A stretch of DNA of 64,000 nucleotides from Octopus sinensis (taxonomy: Eukaryota). Shown piece by piece: positions 55,501 through 64,000 of the stretch; within the stretch, counting starts at the first letter, position 1, and each line of letters begins with the position of its first letter. Location: positions 62,001-126,000 of the forward strand of contig NW_021836130.1 in the NCBI RefSeq assembly GCF_006345805.1, in the 5' to 3' direction. The position numbers and the translations under genes were made by a program. A model generated the notes under the pieces. That model saw only the letters and a program-made list of their open reading frames with translations. It was not told where the DNA came from and searched no databases.

Positions 55501-57315
55501 CAAGGATGTCCACTTTTTGAGTGACATCGGTAAAATACTCACAAACTGTCAAATAAACATAAAATCATTGGCCGCTAAAAGCAACGGAAAAGCACGAATT
55601 TTATTTGAAATGTTGGAAAATATTCGGACTGGCAAAGTATTCAAATTTTAAATATTTTAGGAAATTTATAATTTGAAGACAGTTTTTGAAGAATTTAAAG
55701 CTCGGGCAGTCGATTTAAATTGCCTTAAATCTGGATTTGAAGTTTCTCAATCACCCCAATATGACATGTATGCTACAAAACCAAGCAGAAATAATTCAAA
55801 AAGTCTACTAGACAACACGAATTTTAATAAATTAAAGTAATAAATATTAAATAAATCAAGTCATACCAATTTTAACGACAATGTGATGCCTTCCATAACT
55901 AAAAAAAGTTAGTTTTCATTCTATATTTAAATCAAAATAATATAATATGATATTAGTGAGCATTGGAACTACTCGAAGAGACGTCAATTGTGACACGTAC
56001 AGTAAAATATCAGACCAAGCAAGGTGAGGGATACATTAGACTGTAGTCTGGTCATGAAATCAATGACTAAAAAAGAAAAGATCAAATTGAGACTGAAACA
56101 ATTTGAACCAACCGGACCCCATACGTTTATTTACAATAATAAATTGATACTCAATCGAACCATTGGCTTACTGTTTGAAAGGATTGAAGTGATATTTGTT
56201 TTCTAATGAAAAGGCATTTTTTAAAACTAAAACTGGGAAAAACAAATCAAAGATATTGGCCGATGGAAACGAGAGTTTTGACGAGAGTACAAACTCTGTT
56301 CTTACCAGAATTGAAAATTTTTGAGTCAGATAACAACATATCAACAAAACTGCGTAAATGGTTATATTAATGAGATTATAAAAAATAGAATTTGGAGACC
56401 AAGTCCGTAAATTGATGGATGCTGTAGTCAAATTTTCTTTAGGAAATTTAAAAAATTGTACAATCAAATTCGAGGAATCGGTGGCACAGCAGAAAAGTGA
56501 ATTTAATACAAGAATCAAGGACGTTATAGACAAGTTTGGATCACATAAAGTCTGTCAAATATTTTAAAAGCCAAGAAAATGTATGACGCCAAGCTCTTTC
56601 CTATTTTGGGCCATCCTGCACATACTGGAAAATTAGAAAAATTAGTAAATGATCAAGAAACTTCGGAAAATAAAATTCAAGCCAATTTTTTACCATTGAT
56701 CAAAGAATTTAAAGTAAAGAAATACCATTAATTTAGAAATCATATGCCTTAACAACAATTCAATACGTGGAAGACTATCTCGTCCTGGCCTTGGATTACC
56801 TCAAAATATTTGACAACATTTTGACTGAAGAAGAAATAACATTTGATGGTTGAAACATGACATTTATAATTTTAAGAACTTCCTCCCGAACGGAAACCAA
56901 TCGAGGCACTCCTGTTCGGAGAATTGAGAGAAAATAACACTGCAACTGCATTCACTGATTATGACATTTGTGAAACTACAAAATTTGATACAAAGATAAA
57001 ATTGAAGAAGCTTTTAAAAAGAATGAGGGATCACTTGGATTCAAAAACTGACAACAAAAAATGGAAACAAATAATGGATCTCTTCGACGACGAGGAATAT
57101 TTTAGAAAGACATTGGCTCATCAGAGAGTGAGAGAACATAAGTACAACGTAGTTGAGGTGGTTTTGATTTATGAATTGAACAGAATGCAGAAGTTATGGA
57201 GGATTATATAAAAGAAATTGAGGATGCGTCAAATAATTGGGTTGCAGGAAAAACACGGTGGGATTGTTATTGGACTTCATGCATCGAAAGAATTAAAAAT
57301 CTTTACCATCAATAA
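52526..57315 (+). CDS. CCDC180: CCDC180/CFAP76-like long coiled-coil ciliary protein (many micro-introns)
   Basis: YRPLFLAQ|TSLVKSL, IAHILPQQVDDILDE, LFPILGHP, TLAHQRV, W..YWTSCIERIKNLY; internal exons not all traced. Confidence 0.7.
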
Positions 57316-57619
57316 TAATTAACATTATTAGTACTAATAAGGTTATTTGTATCTTACACAAACCTTGCTTTTAAAATCAGGCTTTAAAGACCACAAAGGT
57401 AATTTTCTGAATTAATAACAATATTATGATAATAATAATTTTGTCAAACTCCTATGTGAATTAAAGTTTGTAGTAAATTTACTGCTAAAACGGAAAGTTC
57501 AAAATGAGTAAGAAACCGTCACCACAAAGAAAATTTTGTCACTATATAAAAAATTAAATCTTTTTAAAATTAGTGTGGAAAGTAACTTGTATACGGAACC
57601 TGCGCGTACCTTTTTAAAA

Positions 57620-58420
57620 TTTTTTTTTTTTTAATACAAATTTTTTTTTTTTTTAACACCCGAAAATAATTATTACAATCTAAAGCTACTGATGATCGAG
57701 AAGACGTTGCCCCTCAGGATCGCAATGGATATTCTTTGGAACAACCATTGCTTCTCCCGAGGCTCTCTCCGTCTTCTCGAGATCAGATCCCCGATTTTCT
57801 CGACGAGTTCGAACGATTTTTGGCTCATGACCCCGGAGGTTTCTATGGATATTGGGGAGAAGATGAAGTTGTCCAACAGGTTGGAATATTTCTGAACTTT
57901 ATGTGCCTCAGCCTTCTCAGCGGCTGAGCCTGGACTGATCGCGGAGTCAACTATATTGGTCTTTGAGAAGGTGTCTGTGCACGTGGAGTCCCACGCGAGG
58001 CATTTCCCATTACTCCACGGGAAAATGGTGACTCCATCTGGGCGTTTACCGTCTCCACGGTCAAGCCCAACGGGTTCCAGTTCTGTCGGGAATCCAGCTG
58101 CTTGTAACGCAGCCGAAATAGTCTCGTTGATAGCGGAGTGTCTGGGAGCACGGCCAGCACTCCTCCTGCATGACAGGGGATGTAGTCCTTTGGTATCGAC
58201 TTTACTACCACATCGGCATTGGCCCCCCGAACAGACATTAAGTCCCAAACGTATTGCTACGCCAATCCTCACACAGTCATTATCGAGAAGGGTTCCAGAT
58301 TGGGAGCAAGGGAGGGCATTAAGCCACGCCCCACTTTCAGGTCTGGCAGCGGCACCGGCGAGGCGATGCTGATCCAATGTAGGTCTGATTGCTTCCATTT
58401 TAGCTTTGCTGGAGATATCA
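57620..58420 (-). mobile_element. CRE-like RLE retrotransposon, 3' half with A-rich tail
   Basis: ESGAWLNALP, CRCG..H.LSC, RH, GKRPDG, AWD, QRISIAILRGN; T runs at 57620-57654 on the + strand. Confidence 0.88.
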
Positions 58421-59111
58421 TCCGTACCTATTCGTACCTATTCAGCTACTTTCCTAAAACTCTCAGCAGTGACTTCGGATTAGTCTTTTCTAGGCCCAAA
58501 GATTCGAGGATCAAAAAATATGCTTCTTTTCCAAAATCTTTCTTTTTTGTTTCTTGCCTCTCAGACAAGTTGTGACTTCGGATCTCCTCCTGTAAAAACA
58601 CGGATCTCCTCCAAGATCTTTGACAAAAAGGTTTGGATTTTCTAACGCATTTCTTTTGTCATCCTCCGAAGTAATTGTAAAGCAATCTTCCCCCCAACGT
58701 GAGAAAAACAATCCAATTTAAGTTTTTAAACAAATAAAAAAATCATTCTTGCAGGGAGAAAATTGATTGGCTGTTTCCATAAATCCAATTTGATCATGTC
58801 TACACGTGTTTTGGTTTGTCAATCAGATGGGAAATCTATAGACAACCCCCACTAAATCAAAAATAGAAATAAAGCATCAACCTCTGGATGTCCAGAATCA
58901 CTGTCAAAATTAAATAAAATAAGAAAATGAATCAATCCTAACAAATAACTCGACTCAGATTGTCTTAATTCGTTTAAATAAGCGTATGTTATAATTTCAA
59001 TATATTTTACCGATTGCAGTAAAACTGTTATTTACTAGAAGTTAACAAAGCCATCTATCCGAAGTGGACCCCGCCAACATAATTGACGTTATTTTACCGA
59101 TTATTTATGTA

Positions 59112-59207
59112 AATTTCCCAATTGATTATTCTAATCACAGAAATAGAAGAAAAGCGTTATGTGCCAGCGGCAAGATTTCTGTGATTAGAATAATCAATTG
59201 GGAAATT
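59112..59207. repeat. Perfect 33-bp inverted repeat with a 30-nt loop
   Basis: aatttcccaattgattattctaatcacagaaat at 59112-59144; exact reverse complement at 59175-59207. Confidence 0.95.
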
Positions 59208-59259
59208 AAAAAAAATTTATGTAAATTAAAAAATTGATTGAAATAACAAAACTGAAATA

Positions 59260-59734
59260 TTAAACTTTTGCCCTACAGAACGGGCAGGATAATTTACGAG
59301 AATTTTTTCCTTGTAGCCACTTCTTGACGCAAGAGAAATGAAAAAAATGACCGCATTTTAATTTAGCCACATTCTCCCCTGATTTGTAAATGTCCAGACA
59401 TATAGAACAGGTGTCACCAATGTCTAATTCCAGAGTATCATAAACACATGTTTTAATTCTTTTAAGAGCCGATTTTAATACCTTTGATCTTTTTTTCTTA
59501 AATCGTTTAAATTAAATTAATAACCCATTCACAAAAACTTGAAATATTCTCATTTAGTGCGTCCACGAGTTGATTAAATTGAACATTTGGAGAATCTTCA
59601 AACATAGCGGTGTATACTAAATATATATGCTCAGATATTTGATCACTATGAGTTACAAATTGTTTTAAGAACTGAATTGAGCTTGTGTCATCTTCATCTA
59701 GCATGCGAAGATACGATTGGTTTAGAAACGACAT
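59260..59734 (-). CDS. Small RING-H2 finger protein (putative E3 ligase), two coding exons
   Basis: After a 28-nt intron the frame reads CSICLDIYKSGENVAKLKCGHFFHFSCVKKWLQGKNSRKLSCPFCR; exon 2 is not in the ORF track. Confidence 0.85.
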
Positions 59735-59944
59735 TATGTGGCACCTAAAAATTAATATTTATTAAAATACAACAGTCAGAATATAACAAAGCAATAATTG
59801 GTAGCAGAATATTTAATGCTTTTAAATATTTATTTAATAATTTCAAATATTAATAAAATTAAAGAGAATTAATATTTTTCCATTTTAATAAAATATAAAA
59901 TTAAAAAAAGATAGGTTTTTGACTTCTTCCTTCTTTCGGAAAAG

Positions 59945-61020
59945 TGACGCCATTGGAAGAGTCGCCTGTCTCCAAGACTGCGTATCGAAGCTGACGTTGA
60001 GGATGTCCTCAGTGCAAGCTTTCATGTGCTCGGAATAGTCTTCGAGAAGATCTGTTTCCTCATAGCACTGGGCCGTCCTCAAAACGTATGTTAACTTTGG
60101 AATAGATAGACAGTTCCTCAATAAAAGGGCCCAGTGGAGTATGCCAAGTTGACAATCGGTAGGATGTACGCAATTTCTTTGACGCAAGCTTCAAGGATAC
60201 AGTCTCTTCTAACAGAATTGAATGCATTCTTTAAGTCGATCTTGACCAGAATTCGTTGGGAATCAGTGGAAGAGTTAACAAACTCACGTAGAGCGTGGAC
60301 CCCGGCCTCGGCGCCTCTTCGGATACCAACTTTGAGCTGTGTTGGTACGAAGTACGGTACAAGTGCCCCAGAACCTTCCTTCGACGATCTTTTCAAGCAA
60401 GGTAGTACTGTTTTTCCCTGAAGGCCGGCGTCTCTTCGGTAGGGGGGGTAGAGAACGGACTCGAAATTGGACATTCATTCAGGGATCTGCGCTTTCAAAG
60501 CTTTAGCAAGGGATTGCCCATCCGTTCGTTGCTGTATCGGGACGCTCAAAGCGTAGACGGGAAAGAGGAATAGTTTTGCCCACGAAAGGGCGTCGGAGTG
60601 TTTCTTCGTGGCATTTCCAATCAAGGTGGCAAGACTCTCTGAAGCAAGTAACCTGGCTGCCTTCGGAATCCTAACGGGGATGTACCTACACCGTCGCAAA
60701 GGGGACAGATATCGCAGGAAATCCCCTGCATCAGAGACGGGAAGGACAAAGGGAGGTGGAAACCATCCAGGAACTACGCACGAAAAGAAATTCCACGTCT
60801 GGAGGGGAAATGGCTGCTTCCTCTTAAGACCAATACAAGAAAGATGGAAAAAATTCCCACAGGTCGAGCAATTAATTCTACGTTTCTGTCTGTTCGATTT
60901 CTTGCTAGAAAGGCATGTGGGATTATCTACTTTTTCCATGAATAGATTAGAATAAAATACAATAGGATACACAGAAAATAAGACAATACAATGAGATACA
61001 CAGAAAATAAGGCAGTACAA
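59945..61020 (-). mobile_element. CRE-like retrotransposon, 5' half (PHD-like finger and RT), deleted and frameshifted
   Basis: CSTCGNFFHLSCIG, RIPKAAR, QLKVGIRRGAEAGVHALR, KIDLKNAFNSVRR, LLLRNCLSIPKLTY, WRQATLP. Confidence 0.85.
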
Positions 61021-61328
61021 TGAAAAACAACAATGAATGTGACAAAATTACAAATGGGAAGAAATTACACCACAATATTTAGTTTGTACTCTAATTAAAT
61101 AAATAATCCAGTAAATGGCACTTTAAAGCTCTCAAGTCACTATAGAAATCTATACGCTTATTTAATTGTTATTTTTTTCATATTTGCCTTCTAAATACCG
61201 CCAAAATACGTTGTTTAGTATCTTAAGCTCTTTTTTAAGCCCCCAAGCTAAGATTTTGAGCTTCTTAAGAAACGAATTTAATAAAGATTGTTTTTTTCAA
61301 TAAAGACAGTAATTAAAATTCAAAATAG

Positions 61329-62045
61329 TCACTTTTGGAAATTGACAGAATACCCGCCTCCTTTATCTTTATCAAATTTAAAGTTATCTGTCGACAGTCC
61401 AAATGGTTTTAAAACCATATTCCCTAATTCTTTTAATTTAGCTAACAAAATTAATACACCAACCCAACCCATTGCCTCTGTTTTTAATTTCTCGTTCCTG
61501 GTTTCAATCAGAGGGGGCAATTCAAAATTTCCTTTAAGAGCGACTTGGTTTTTTGGATCGAGTTCCAACACTTTTTTGTAGTCTTTTAAAGCATCTTCCA
61601 ATTTTTCGGTTTTTTCATAAAGTTTTGCCCTCAGAAGATAAGCTTTGATATAATTTGGATCAAATTCCAAGGCATTGGTACATTTTTCGATGGCTTCTGA
61701 GTCTTGGGACTAAATATTTATTTTTTGTTTAATAACAAGATATTTTAACGAGATTGCTGTGTTGTGGTATAAATTGGCTTTAATGTCAGGAAAATATTCC
61801 GAAGGACACAACTTCAAAGTTTCTGAATATTTATTTATGGCTTCAATGTATTTTTTGTTTTGGAAAAATTCATTTCCGATGCTTTTTTCTTTGAGAATAT
61901 CATTTTTTAGTTTCTAGAATGTTGTTCATAATTTTACATCTAATTCCTCTGGTGATAATTCTACATTAATTTCTTCATTTATTTCCTCTAAATTAGAAGT
62001 CTCGTCAGCATCAAAAAATTCAGAAATTTCATTTTCAGAATCCAT
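61329..62045 (-). CDS. TTC1: Tetratricopeptide repeat protein 1
   Basis: YIKAYLLRA..ALKDYKKVLELDP, KLKELGNMVLKPFGLSTDNF, YSVNFQK. Confidence 0.92.
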
Positions 62046-62370
62046 CAGTCAAAATCAAGTGCACAACAAAAACTAAATTATTAAATTATATAATTTATAT
62101 TTCAAATTTATTGTGAACCTAATTTTATAATTAGATTCATGTGAAGGGTAAGAGATAATTCTTTCAGCTTCGACATGGATATAACTTAAGTCCCAAAAAG
62201 TTAATGTTATGAAATAGTCGACTTTGGTATTGCTTACATGTTAGTTAGGCTTTGAGAGGAATTTCTGTTTTTGATTATTTTGTTGAGCTGGCATTGGAAA
62301 TGGGGCAGTTGAGACAATTATTATTATTTAGGCCAAACAAAATCACCGTCTTAACCATTAACTAACACGT

Positions 62371-63255
62371 TCAGGTGATTTCGACACTTCTCAACAGTCG
62401 AGCCATCTTTTCACGATGTTCCGACCGTGACCCCACACACTTTCTGTATGTACGGTGAATGGTTTGTGGTCCATTTCCACGATCCCCCCCATTTGCCTCT
62501 ACGAGAGACTCCAGTGTTCTATGGACAATTTCCCTATCGGTATGGTCCTTCAGTAGGTTGATAGATCTTTCTTGAATTCTTTCGATTTTTAGCCGGTTCG
62601 TTGCCGCCAGGTTACAGCCCCAAGCAGCACATGGATAGCCTATTGTTGGCTCGATATACTGCTTGTAAAGGGTCTCTACCCCTGGCGGATAAGTTCTCCC
62701 ACAGTTCCAAAGGAAGGCTTTTACAAAATTGATCTTCTTTATACAGGTTGATACGATCGATTCTACGTGAGGTGAAAAACAGAGGAAAGTATCGAACGTT
62801 ACTCCCAATATCTTCTGTGTTTTCTTTTGTGGTATTGGAATTCCGTTCAACGTGACATCAATAGTTTTCGTCCCCATCTTCCTATTTTTCGTGAATAGAG
62901 TGACTGCTGACTTTTCGGAACATGCATGTAGTCTGTTTTCATATAGCCATCCATATAAGTCTTCCAGTATTCTTTGTAGTCTTTCCTTCGCGTATTCGAC
63001 ATTTACATCCCTAGATGCGACAACTATGTCATCGGCATAGGAGAGTAGTATGTCATTATTTTCCATAGGAACCGGGAGATCATTCAGAAACAAGTTGAAG
63101 AGGGTCGGGGATAAAGGAGAACCCTGGGGTACACCATTGGGTAATAAGCGTGATTTTGAACTCTCGTTCCCGACGCACACTTTCCCACGACGTTCGCTCA
63201 AAAAATTCGGCAGTTGAGACAATGAAAATTGTATAAATGTTTTATCGTCCCTCAA
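62371..63255 (-). mobile_element. Non-LTR retrotransposon RT fragment (I/Jockey-like)
   Basis: GVPQGSPLSPTLFNLF, SYADD, KILGVTFD. Confidence 0.88.
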
Positions 63256-64000
63256 AAAGTCAAATCACCTTTAAAATATTTATTCCCCCGATGACCTTAT
63301 TTTAAATTGTTCCGACTGAGAGTTTAACCCAGATTCACCTCAATGCACACCTTTGGAATGTCGCTTGTTTGGAAAGTTGCTTGTTTCTGTGCATAAAAAT
63401 ATTAATTTTCTTTGTTTTCAAGATTTTCTTGTTGGTTGAAATACTCATTTTAAAGTATTCCTTTAATTTTATTTAAAATGTCCGTTCGGATAAACATTTT
63501 ATATAATTAGTAATATATTACTCAAATTATCAATCTGAAAATAAAAAATGAATTTAAAGACGTTCTTAAACTCTAATTTATTAATCATCTATTCTGGCCT
63601 ATGCAGACTTGGTTCGGGTTGATCGTCTTTTTCTTTGCAATCAGAGTCGATACTTTGAGAGTTCGAAAAGAGTACTTTTATATGAATTTTATTTTTTAAA
63701 TGACTTTCTACGTGTCTTATAAGTAAATTGTGAATTTTTTAAATAATTTTGTAAATTTGTAATAAAAAATTGTAAGAAAAGTATTTAAAAATGAAAAAAA
63801 TGTATTTATATGACGACAAACGGAAAGATCTTTTAAAATTATTTTTTAATTTGCAAAATAACACAAAATATTTTATCAAATAAAATTGAAGCATTTAAAA
63901 TGATATTTGTGGAATGAAGAATACCGCCAATGTTTTTTGAAGTCTGTATTTTTCATTGATTTCCTCAAACTAATAGATTCAACTTTGGATATACTATCAA

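Overview
AT-rich eukaryotic (animal) nuclear DNA, not prokaryotic. About 14 host genes can be rebuilt by hand once very short (about 22-32 nt) GT-AG introns are removed: hormone-sensitive lipase, STT3B, SoxB, prefoldin 3, an ACK-like pseudokinase, WDR33, TACC, PSMC2, KIF21, IPMK, RPS27A, REC8, CCDC180, a small RING-H2 gene and TTC1. Between them lie many transposon remnants (RTE/CR1-like RTs, CRE-like, Tc1/IS630, pogo, a foldback element) and one intact R4-clade retrotransposon with a 13-bp target-site duplication. SoxB, micro-introns and a motile-cilium gene fit a dicyemid-type mesozoan best (inference only). The most notable observations are: a strong C/A-to-G/T gradient along most genes, introns included; a 33-bp repeat array that contains pieces matching both neighbouring genes; an RPS27A whose ubiquitin moiety is only about one third identical to ubiquitin; an ACK-like kinase lacking catalytic residues; an intron-containing RING gene inside a split retrotransposon; several cargo segments bracketed by direct repeats; and a TTGTG motif just upstream of many start codons. 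Exon boundaries were derived by eye and no database searches were run.
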